This document shows, piece by piece, positions 23,736-33,836 of a DNA stretch of 33,976 bases. Numbering within the stretch: the first letter of the stretch is position 1; each line of letters starts with the position of its first letter. The translations under genes and the position numbers were made by a program. A model generated the notes under the pieces. The model had not been told where the DNA came from. It did no database searches and saw nothing but the letters and a program-made list of their open reading frames with translations. Source of the DNA: Octopus bimaculoides (taxonomy: Eukaryota); the NCBI RefSeq assembly GCF_001194135.2, contig NC_068993.1, positions 29,797,569-29,831,544 of the forward strand, in the 5' to 3' direction.

Positions 23736-24143
23736 ATATATATATATATNNNNNNNNNNNNNNNNNNNNNNNNNNNNNNNNNNNNNNNNNNNNNNNNNNN
23801 NNNNNNNNNNNNNNNNNNNNNNNNNNNNNNNNNNNNNNNNNNNNNNNNNNNNNNNNNNNNNNNNNNNNNNNNNNNNNNNNNNNNNNNNNNNNNNNNNNNN
23901 NNNNNNNNNNNNNNNNNNNNNNNNNNNNNNNNNNNNNNNNNNNNNNNNNNNNNNNNNNNNNNNNNNNNNNNNNNNNNNNNNNNNNNNNNNNNNNNNNNNN
24001 NNNNNNNNNNNNNNNNNNNNNNNNNNNNNNNNNNNNNNNNNNNNNNNNNNNNNNNNNNNNNNNNNNNNNNNNNNNNNNNNNNNNNNNNNNNNNNNNNNNN
24101 NNNNNTATATATATATATATATGTACATATATACATACAAAAC

Positions 24144-24595
24144 AATTTCAGCAAAACGCCAGACTGTAAAAATGAGCAAGACAAATGAAAATATACGAAA
24201 TATCGGGTGAGCGTTCTATGTCTAGTTCTGGAAATTATATTTTGTAAGCGACAGACTACGCTGATGAACCTGCAGATATTTACATACGTTAAATATTAAC
24301 AGGCGAAACCATTGGTACGTAGGTAATCGTTTTTTATTTCGTATATTTTCATTTGTCTTGCTCATTTTTACAGTCTGGTGTTTTGCTGAAATTCTTTTCT
24401 TGAGAACATACTCTTCGTTGGTTAGGCGATTTGACAACTATATCTAGCATATAAGAGTCCACTTTGTTGGTCATTCCTCTTAATTTTGTATGTATAATTT
24501 TAATCTTCGGATTTTTTAAATATGCTAAGCCACTGGTTTTAATTGATTAATATCAATTTCTACCCTCATTATTTAATTTTCATTTATACATGCAT
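24144..24595 (+). mobile_element. PLE pseudo-LTR-like unit with 59-bp inverted repeats enclosing a hammerhead
   Basis: 24144-24202 versus 24335-24393 inverted, 58/59 identical; begins at a (TA)n tract. Confidence 0.7.
24256..24322 (+). ncRNA. Type I hammerhead ribozyme
   Basis: Helix I CTACG/CGTAG; CTGATGA (24261-24267); helix II CCTG/CAGG plus ATATTTA/TAAATAT; GAAA (24305-24308); helix III ACC-att-GGT; GUA triplet, predicted cleavage after 24317. Confidence 0.85.
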
Positions 24596-24598
24596 GTA

Positions 24599-24891
24599 GG
24601 CGGTGGAGTGGCTGTGTGGTAAGTAGCTTACATACCTTTTGTTATCATCCTCATCTCATTAATGTCCGTGTCCAGCCCGCAGCTACTTTACGTTTGTCTG
24701 TCCTTGTTTGTCCCCTCTTTGTAAGGCCTTAATGGCCAATGTATGAAATAAAGTAGCTTACATACCAACCACATGGTTCCGGATTCAGTCCCACTGCGTG
24801 GCACCTTGGGCAAGTGTCTTCATCTATAGCCACGGGCCAACCAAAGCTTTGTGAGTGGATTTGGTAGACGGAAACTGAAAGAGGCCCGCCC
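24599..24891 (+). mobile_element. SINE 5' half (tRNA head and CORE), interrupted by a 114-bp insertion
   Basis: GGCGGTGGAGTGGCTGTGTGGTAAG A-box region; body matches 17303-17440. Confidence 0.88.
24637..24750 (+). mobile_element. Short retroposed insert with 16-bp TSD, likely a LINE 3' end
   Basis: AAGTAGCTTACATACC at 24621-24636 and 24751-24766; ends ...TGTATGAAATA(AA). Confidence 0.7.
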
Positions 24892-25263
24892 TATATATAT
24901 ATATATATATATATATAATGCAAGAGAGTTAGGGGTTGAGTATTCAACCCACTAAGGGATAGTATCTATCCAATATACTGCTGGGAGGGTACCCAATTAT
25001 TGTTACACTAGTGTTATACCAAGTGCAATAAGTGGGTGCGGGTAAAAGGGGGTTATTTTACCCTAAATTTATATAGCAATATGAAAATGAAGGCGAATAT
25101 GCGGTATCCATCGACTTGCAGACAGTGTATTGCGTTGATTAATTTGTTTATTTTACAATTAAAATGACAAAAACCACAATATACAGATGCTTATGACATA
25201 CCATGTCATATTGACAGTTAAGGTTACAAATATAAAGTACATTTAGCAATTGGAGAATATACA

Positions 25264-25399
25264 GAATCTTACAGCTGTTTCGGCCTAGCGTTGGCATGCC
25301 CTATTCTATCTCTATAGCTCATGTGCGCCGGAGTAATTAGCAGATGAAAATGATGTAATGGGGGTACATGCATGATTCGCTAGGCTTTTTCAGAGATTC
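25264..25399 (-). ncRNA. Type I hammerhead ribozyme with long loop II, core mutated (probably inactive)
   Basis: Minus strand: GAATCT-CTGAAAA-A-GCCTAGCG-[87 nt]-CGCTAGGC-C-GAAA-C-AGCT-G-TA-AGATTC; C3 is opposite A8. Confidence 0.75.
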
Positions 25400-25686
25400 A
25401 CAAAATTCAATACAAATATAAAATAAAAGATAAAAGTAAAAATAAGAATAAAGTAAAAATAAAAATAAATGAAAAATGAAAATATAAAAATATAAGGCAC
25501 ATAAAAAGCCTACAAACAGTATATAAGACCATATAAATAGTTTTAAACACGCCAATACACATGCCTGTGCCTGTGTACATAACCATACGTAGATATCTGT
25601 GGATACAAAAGCATAGATAGATGAGTACATAAGTATGCCCAGATGTACGTCAACAGTCACTGCCACCACATGTGAGGGGGAAATAT

Positions 25687-25739
<53 letters not shown>

Positions 25740-25934
25740 CTCACACATACGTACATACATACATACATATATGTATACACAAATATTCCCATACGTACAT
25801 GATCCCTGTTATGAACGTTATTCGTTGCGTTTTGAAAGCTGTTTAAATGTTAAAATTTGTTGGGTGCGTGCGCGTCAGTTCTGTATGTGGTGGATGGGTC
25901 TAAGTTAATTCTAGAGGAGTTATTGATGCTCTAA

Positions 25935-26018
25935 TAGTAACAATAATAATGATAATGATGATGATAATAACAACAGCAGCAACAATAATAACAATAATAA
26001 TAATAATAATAATAATAT
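25935..26018. repeat. (AAT)/(GAT)/(AAC) compound microsatellite
   Basis: Direct reading. Confidence 0.9.
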
Positions 26019-26145
26019 GCCAACTTTTTTAACTTTGTGATGAGGTACTCCGTTATTCTTCTTGTGGAGAAGATCAGGTCATTCCAGTAATGGGTATTAG
26101 AGATTTTACTGCTATTTGGGGAGGGGTAATTTATAGAGTTTATTT

Positions 26146-26247
26146 CTCAGCAACAATATTAGCTATAATAATGATAATTATGGCAATAGCAATGTTGATA
26201 TTAATACTAATACTGGAAATTATAACATTAACATAAACAATAAAAAC

Positions 26248-26311
<64 letters not shown>

Positions 26312-26908
26312 GTACAAGTAGCAATAGAAGTATTAAGAATAATAATAACGGTAGGAATACTAACATTGCTAATAACAATAGTATTAGGAATAACAGCATC
26401 TTGGGGATCAACAAAAACCGAATAAATAGCAATAGCATGGCAAACTTTAACACCAATCTCATTAACTATGTGCACCAAAGTAAAATTTGTAATTGTAGAA
26501 TAAGTGAAAATTGCGTGCTCGGAAATAGCTGCATGAGAAAGGAGGTAGTATACTAATGTGTAGTAAATACAAAATATGATAATAGGGTATACGTGGGCGC
26601 GACTAAAAATAGTATGAAACAAAGACTTAATTACCACAATTATACGTTTAGGAACAGGAACAGAAGAAATTCTACCGGATTAAGTAGCTACATATGGGAA
26701 CTAAAAGATACCGGTATTAACTTTAGCCTACACTGGGAAATATTAACATCCGCACCTGCATAAAATAATAAAAATAGAAAATGCTTATTATGCATAAATG
26801 AAATTTTTTTCCTAATTAGGGTCAAAATTCCACTTCTTAACAATCTGAAGGAACGCAACGTTTCATGCCTTCATAAAATTGGGTACACCTTCTCTAAATT
26901 CAAGTAGA
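26146..26908 (+). mobile_element. Penelope-like element 3' part: long in-frame Asn-rich linker, Cys motif, GIY-YIG (two in-frame TAA stops)
   Basis: One frame: LSNNISYNNDNYGNSN...N(n)...KICNCRISENCVLGNSCMRKEVVY*CVV...VYVGATKNSMKQRLNYH...LSSYIWELKD...WEIL...CLLCINE...LLNN...SCLHKIGYTFSKFK*. Confidence 0.88.
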
Positions 26909-27481
26909 ACTGGATATTAAGATACCGCCCTTGATTTAATAGTATTTATTTAAGCTAACCATTATTTCTATGCTATATTATATGAGATCAAATTGTGTTA
27001 TCTGCATATATATATACTTAATATAAATGAAACCTAGTACTAAAGCACCACATCTGGTTTAATGATAACTAATAAGATCTTACTGACATTGTATTAGCTA
27101 ACATATGATAATTAAGTAGACATATATATAAATAAGTATACATATCTAGTTTGATATACTTACGTTGAGGTAGGCATACATACATAAGAGAATAGTTAAT
27201 ACTATAAGTACTACCTCTGTATTGATATAAGTATCTATAGGTATAGGTGTGTGCGTATGTAAATGCACATATAGATGTATCTACATGTGTTGTTGTTATT
27301 GCTGTTGTGGTTGTTGCTGTTATTACTATAAATACTCCTCCTGTGTGTACTCATTTGTGTATTTACTTATTTGTTAGTATATACGTCTGTATATATATGC
27401 ACATTGCTATTGGTATTGTTGTTTTTATTATTATAAATACTCCTCCTGTGTGTATTCACCTGCATATCTATTTGCTTGTTG

Positions 27482-27487
<6 letters not shown>

Positions 27488-27568
<81 letters not shown>
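27488..27568. repeat. (TA)n-(GA)n microsatellite
   Basis: Direct reading. Confidence 0.95.
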
Positions 27569-27570
<2 letters not shown>

Positions 27571-27727
27571 TGTATGTATATGTGTGTGTATGTATGTACA
27601 TATGGATATACTGATTGATGGGTATATAGTTGTGTGTGTATGCACATGTATGTGTGTATGTGAGGGTACATACATATGTATATATGAGTATATGTGGGTG
27701 TGTATATGTATATATATGTGTGTGTAT

Positions 27728-27956
27728 GTGTATATGTTTGTGTGTCTGTGTTTGTACCCCCAACATCGCTTGACAACCGATGCTGGTGTGTTTACGTCCC
27801 CGTAACTTAGCGGTTCAGCAAGAAACACCGATAGAATAAGTACTAGGCTTACAAAGAATAAGTCCTGGGGTCGATTTGCTCGACTAAAGGCGGTGCTCCA
27901 GCATGGCGCAGTCAAATGACTGAAACAAGTAAAAGAGTAAAAGAGAGTAAAAGAGT
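27728..27956 (+). mobile_element. SINE 3' half
   Basis: Matches 17475-17703. Confidence 0.88.
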
Positions 27957-28067
27957 ATGTGTATNNNNNNNNNNNNNNNNNNNNNNNNNNNNNNNNNNNN
28001 NNNNNNNNNNNNNNNNNNNNNNNNNNNNNNNNNNNNNNNNNNNNNNNNNNNNNNNNNNNNNNNNNNN

Positions 28068-28415
28068 TTTATAAGAATTTATCAAGTAGTCAGCGTGAAA
28101 AAAAACCTCAAAATGAAAAAATAACGAAAAATTTCGTAATGAAAAAATTCATCATTTCTTCATAAATATAAATAATTATATATAAAGGGCATTAACTGTG
28201 TAGTAATGCCTCACGCTTCGAGGGACTAAATAAGTCAAGAACTACCAAAAAATAAGCAACATATTTACTGAAAGCGAGGGAATGCAGCTTTCAAAATTTA
28301 TCTCTTAAAAACATTTAACTCAACGGTAGACCACTGGTTTCTCAATCAAATACAGAAAAACTGTGAAGTAACCTGTATTCTTTTGTTCATCAGTACACGT
28401 ATGGTCAAGATACAT
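28068..28415 (-). mobile_element. PLE pseudo-LTR-like fragment starting at (TA)n, carrying a hammerhead
   Basis: Hammerhead about 15 bp from the TA tract, followed by T-rich sequence; shares ATGATGAATTTTTT with 33950-33970 (minus strand). PLE origin is inference. Confidence 0.5.
28323..28400 (-). ncRNA. Type I hammerhead ribozyme
   Basis: Minus strand: ACG(T)GTA-CTGATGA-A-CAA..GAATACAG/CTGTATTT..TTG-A-GAAA-CC-agt-GG-TC-TACCGT; GUC triplet, predicted cleavage between 28329 and 28328. Confidence 0.8.
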
Positions 28416-28430
28416 ATATATATATATATA

Positions 28431-29309
28431 TTGGGTCATCCCATAATTAATGCGGTTCTTTCAATTGCATGAACTAAAAGTCGGAGGGGGACGGGACAAA
28501 CTACCGGCATCAACTTGCTATAAAACCAGGTGGTAAATTTACCTTGTACTTATTCTTAGTGCAAGTTTTGAAGAGTGCAATTCGATTTTAACAGTTACTT
28601 TTGCAAAGCTATAATGGAAGTGAGACAGGAGCATATTCGGCATATTTTGCTTTATGAGTTCAATAAAGGCAACAACACAACGGAAAGTGCGAGGAATATT
28701 AATGCAGTATATGGAGATCGGACAATAAACGTAAACCAGTGTCAACGGTGGTTCCAGAAATTCTAAGCCAGAAACTAAAGCCGACAAGACGAGCCTCGTC
28801 CTTTAAGATCTGTTGAGCTCGACGAGGACATCCTGCAAACCGTGATGGAACAAAATCCCGTCGTAACTGTTGAGGAACTAGCAGAGAAGCTTGGATTTGG
28901 TCATTCAACCATTCATCGACAGGTGCGTGCCATCGGAAATGTCAGCAAATTGTGTCAATTGGTTCCTGACAAACTTTCTCAGTTTAATCGCGTGCAGAGA
29001 GTAAATGTGTGCTCTTCTTTTCTGTCACGTCTCACAAATGAACCTTTTTTGGACCGAATAGTGAGTGACTGGTGACGAGAAATGGGTTCTCTATAAAAAT
29101 GTCAAGTGCCAAAGACAGTGGGTACGGAAAAGAAAAACACCGTCACCCCAGGCTAAATGATGTCTTCACCCACATAACGTGTTGTCATCTCTTTGGTGGA
29201 ATATGAAAGGTTTAACCCACTTTAAACTTTTAAACCCAAACAAAACGATAACAAAGATCTACTGCAAGAAGCTTGAGCGGTTCAAGTCAGCGCTAGAAGA
29301 AAAACGTCC
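28431..29309 (+). mobile_element. mariner transposon, 5' TIR and transposase N-terminal two-thirds (pseudogene)
   Basis: TA|TTGGGTCATCCCATAATTAATGCGG; MEVRQEHIRHILLYEF...QCQRWFQKF; GHSTIHRQ; LVPDKLS; VTGDEKWVLY (first catalytic D). Confidence 0.92.
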
Positions 29310-29778
29310 CAGAGACGTCATGCGTAGAGCTTCTGGAGGTCTTCCCCAATCACGTCCAGCCCGCAGCTGCTATGTCGAATGACAGTCAGGCCCTTGTAGG
29401 ATAATCTAGTAGAAGACGGAGGACATGTCCGTACTAGTGCATGCGACGGATGGCTAAGGTGGGAAGCTGTGGGCTGATGCATGCGCACACAGTTTTTTGT
29501 TGGAAACGGGTTGGTACCATCTGATGCTCTCGATAGTTCTCAGGGCTCTGCTATCGACACCGTCGATTCTCTTTGCGAGGATCTTCGAGATGGGTAATAT
29601 TTCTGCTCCGTAGAGAGGAATGAAGAGGGCCGATGCATTGTAGATGCGGAACTTCGTCTTACAGGAGATAGAGCAGTGGCGCCGAAAGGGATTTCATAGG
29701 GAGTACATGAACCCAGCGGCTAGACCACAACTACAGCTGATCTCCTGGACTCCATTGCTGGTGACGGGAAGGTCTCTG
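29310..29778 (-). mobile_element. RTE-clade LINE fragment (post-RT C-terminal region) inside the mariner
   Basis: Minus strand: ISCKTKFRIYNASALFIPLYGAE..., RALRTIESIRWYQ.VSN, YGHVLRL..D.PTRA, typical of RTE C-termini. Confidence 0.85.
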
Positions 29779-29886
29779 TTTTTTTTATCTCTAAACCAAC
29801 CAAACGGTATGATCGTGGAATTGAGCTTCTGGCACAACAATGGCAACAGATAATGGATTATGATGGGACATATTTTGATGAATAAA
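29779..29886 (+). mobile_element. mariner transposase C-terminus
   Basis: FFISKPTKRYDRGIELLAQQWQQIMDYDGTYFDE*. Confidence 0.85.
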
Positions 29887-30020
29887 CGCTTTTCGTATAT
29901 ACCTCAACCTGTTATATATANNNNNNNNNNNNNNNNNNNNNNNNNNNNNNNNNNNNNNNNNNNNNNNNNNNNNNNNNNNNNNNNNNNNNNNNNNNNNNNN
30001 NNNNNNNNNNNNNNNNNNNN

Positions 30021-33000
30021 AATAGAAATCACTTACAACCACCATTTTTGAACCACCCAAAACTAAACAGGGAAAAAGTTGACAGACAATGCATTTATGA
30101 AATAGATTACACCAAATCTAAAGATCACCCATACACCAGGAACAGAACACACCAACATCCCAATACCAGGCATAACCAACCCATCACAACACAAAACAAC
30201 ACTAGGATAAGAAGTACACCACATACCACTCACTACTACCCCATGACCCAAAATTACTGGTCCCCACCAAACACAAGAACAACACAAAATAACACTAGGT
30301 CAAGAAACATCCCACATACAAGAAATTTGAAACAAAAATATACCGCTTACAGAAATGTTACATACATCACTAACCAAAAACACCCATAGACACCCACACA
30401 GACATAACAATCTGAGGCAACAATGCCACCATGCCCCTGGACCAATCCCATACAACCTCACAGACAGCTCATGCAAACAAAATTGCAACCAACATTTTTT
30501 AACCCCAGACCAGATACACCAGGACACAGGTTGGAACCTGGTGATCAAGAAAAACTGAAGATAATTAACCTCTCAACTAAACCTCTTTCAAGCATAAAAA
30601 TAGACATCCCCTCAAAAGGGCTAAAATTCACCCTAACTCCACGCAGGGCTGATCAAAATGAAGTGAAGGACAGTATAATAGAATTGTGTAGAAAGTTAAA
30701 ACTCACAGAAGCATTAACTAATTACAATACTGAAGATGACTCACTAGTCAAAAAGAAAAGTGAACACATCCCCCACAAAGGAAAAAATAAAAATCTTGAT
30801 GAATTCTGCAACCACATTGAGAACTTTCCCTACCACACCATGCATAAACAGACAGTTAACTCAAACTTTAGCACTACACTATGGAGGGAACTAACAGAAC
30901 TTCAAAATAATGAAGATATTACGATTAAGGAAGCAGATAAAGGAAGTGCAGTTGTAATAATGGACACATTATACAATAGAAATCTAGTAATTTCCATGCT
31001 TGATGACTGTCAACATTATGAAAAAAATCAAACTACACCCCGCAAAAAATAATGAAAACTCTGTCCTTACTAATTAAAACACATGGAAAAGAACTGACAT
31101 CCAAAGAAATTGGCTTTCTAACAAACTTTAAATGCAAACCTAGCCTTTTCTATGGTCTACCAAAAATCCACAAAAGCCAGATTATAAATGAAACCATTAA
31201 AAAATCATCAAAGACATACATACATACATACACCAAACCCGGGGTACCTAAAACTATGACACATTATAGCTCGCCCAACCTATGAAACACACAGACTAAG
31301 TCTATTTATGGACATCCTCCTGAAACCCTTCCTTAAACACATCAATAGCCATATCAGAGATGACTTGGATATGTTAAATCACCTACCAAAAAAAGTCGAG
31401 GAAGAAACAATCATGGTTTCATTTGATGTGATTAATTTATATACCAGTATACCTCATGATTATGGGCTAGAAGCAACTCAGTTCTGGCTGGACCAATTTC
31501 CGGAAGAAATACCAAAAAGGATCAGTAAAGAATTCATAGCTAAATCAGTTGAATTCATCCTATGAAACAACCACATGTTTGACAATATGTTTTACTGACA
31601 AAAATCTTGAATTACTATGGGCACTAGGGCAGCCCCAGTCATTGTGAACCTAACAATGGGCTACCTGGAAATAATCATATACCAGGAATCTTTATCTACC
31701 TTTGGAAACCCCCTTTCCCAATACATAAAAGAAAATTGGAAAAGATTCCTAGATGACTGTTTCATACTCTGGAATGAAAACAGATAAACTCCTGAATCTC
31801 AAAAGACTATTGAACAGCATCAACCCAAAAATACAGTTCACAATGGAATACAACCAAAAAGAGCTCCCATTCTTGGGTATACTAATTAAAAAAGTAAACC
31901 TAAAAATAGAAACAGATATATTTTACAAAACCACAGATGCCAAACAATATCTACTATTTAATTCATGCCACCCAAGACACACCAAAACAAACATCCCCTT
32001 CAACCTTGCAAGAAGGATATTCACAATAGTATCAGAACAAAATACCAGAGACTTTAGATTGCAAGAACTCAAAAACATTCTAATTGACAGACACTACCCA
32101 GTTCAACTCATAGAGAATGGAATCAGACGTGCAACATAGATTGACATAGAAACCTTAAGAAAAGTTCAACACAGCAACACACCTTCCCCGAAAATACTGC
32201 CGTACATATCCGCGTACAATCCCAGAAACAAAGAAGCCTTCACCATCATCACCCAAAATTTACCAATGCTACATAAGGACTGTAAATTAAAGGAAATTTT
32301 ACACATACATAAAATCATTAAAAGCCACAAACAACCAAAATCACTAAAAAAGATCCACACAAAGGCAAAATTATTTTCTAAAATAACAGATGCGAAAGTG
32401 AAAAAATTTCGTTGACCAGATTGCGCAACATGCCCAAACCTTCTAGAAGGATCNNNNNNNNNNNNNNNNNNNNNNNNNNNNNNNTTTACTTGTGCCTCAG
32501 AAAACCTGATTTATGTCATAAGATGCTCGGGCTGCCACCAAAACTACATAGGGTTCACAGGAATGTCGCTCAGACACAGATGCACTCTGCATCGACAACA
32601 GATTGCATTCCCAGAATACAGAATGATACCCTTTACATATTGAGAAATGCGCAAAGCAAATGCTACCACAATTTGTAATCTTGCCATTAAAACACCAACA
32701 CAAGTTAGATTAAATAAGGAAACCTTCTTCATTGAAAAATATAAGTCAAAACTTAACCATTTCTAACATTTTTAAATAAAGAAACTCACCTCATTGAAAA
32801 AAATATAAAGCAAAACCTAACCACTTGTAACACTCTATTCCTTCTAAACCAAATCATGCTAAATCAATAAAACCTAGTCATTCCCAACATTTTTGATTAT
32901 CTCCCTTATACCAGAAAATATCCCTGATTACCTTCCCCTGTCTAGAACTCCATATTACACAACATAGTGAAGACATGACACAACATAGGTAAAGAAATTT

Positions 33001-33165
33001 GAAAAGAAAATGCGAAACCGGTTATTTCTCCAAAAACAATGTTACTATACACAAAATTTTATTACATTTTTCTAACATAACAATTTAAATATATTCTTTA
33101 ACCATATATCATAAGCCTTCTGTAGTTTTTCACTCTTTTTTGTCTTTTATACATCCAACCATGTG
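30021..33165 (+). mobile_element. Near-complete Penelope-like element (Neptune-type), pseudogenised RT + GIY-YIG ORF and 3' pseudo-LTR
   Basis: IINLS..KGLKF; KEADKGSAVVIMD; FYGLPKIHK; VSFDVINLYTSIP; MGTRAAP; WKRFLDDCF; LPFLG; SCHPRHTK; PDCATCP linker; FTCASENLIYVIRCSGCHQNYIG; stop at 32766. Confidence 0.93.
32993..33029 (+). ncRNA. Minimal type I hammerhead motif (U3-A8 variant, GUU triplet)
   Basis: AGAAAT-TTGAAAA-GAAAATGC-GAAA-CCGG-TT-ATTTCT; palindromic ACCGGT helix III; located in the PLE 3' UTR. Confidence 0.6.
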
Positions 33166-33182
33166 CTTTCACATACCAATGT

Positions 33183-33278
33183 AGTTTGGGTTTGTGCCAG
33201 GGAAAAGCACCACTGATGCTATATTTCTGGTAAGACAGCTGCAGGAGAAATACCTAGCCAAAAGTAAACCTCTGTACC
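33183..33278 (+). mobile_element. RTE-clade RT fragment
   Basis: FGFVPGKSTTDAIFLVRQLQEKYLAKSKPLY (RT domain 2 region). Confidence 0.85.
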
Positions 33279-33836
33279 AAGTGAGACCTAAATCCAAGGC
33301 TTCTGCCAGGGGTGTAACCAGCCCACTTATGGATACCTTTCCTTCATTGGACACTAAACTCTGCTTGCGAAGACCTGTTGAGACAAGTGAAATCGAAATC
33401 AAATTCGACGACTAGTATCCGTGCTAGTGGAGTGCTAAGAGCACCATCCGAGCATTGACTGGCTTCTGTGCTGGTGGCACGTAAAAAGCACCATTCGAGC
33501 GTGATCATTACCAGCATCGCCTTACTGGCACGTGAAAAAATATTTGAGCGGGGTCGTTGCCAGTGCCGCTGGACTGGCTCCTGTGCAGGTGGCACGTAAA
33601 AAACACCATTTGAGCATGGCGGTTGCTAGTACCACCTGGCAGGCCCTTGTGCCAGTGGCACGTAAAAGCACCCACTACACTCTCAGAGTGGTTGGCATTA
33701 GGAAGGGCATCCAGTTGTAGAAACTCTGCCAGATCAGATTGGAGCCTGGTGCAGCCATCTGGTTTGTCAGTCCTCAGTCAAATTATCCAACCTATGCCAG
33801 CATGGAAAGCGGATGTTAGACGATGATGATGATGAT
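33279..33836 (+). mobile_element. 5'-truncated SINE with internal subrepeats, RTE-like 3' end and (GAT)n tail
   Basis: Four GGCACGT(A/G)AAAA units; GGCATTAGGAAGGGCATCCAG...GCATGGAAAGCGGATGTTAGACGATGATGAT. RTE-type tail assignment is from memory. Confidence 0.75.

Noticed and set aside
26540-26765. In-frame stops in the PLE ORF as selenocysteine recoding (known in Naiad PLEs)
   Set aside because: The stops are TAA at non-Cys positions, and the endonuclease is C-terminal, unlike Naiads.
27320-27490. Two copies of TATAAATACTCCTCCTGTGTGTA about 105 bp apart
   Set aside because: Simple local duplication in low-complexity sequence; two units only, not CRISPR-like.
29354-29368. 15-mer GTCCAGCCCGCAGCT shared with the insert near 24672
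   Set aside because: A single 15-bp match is about expected by chance in 34 kb; the flanks do not align.
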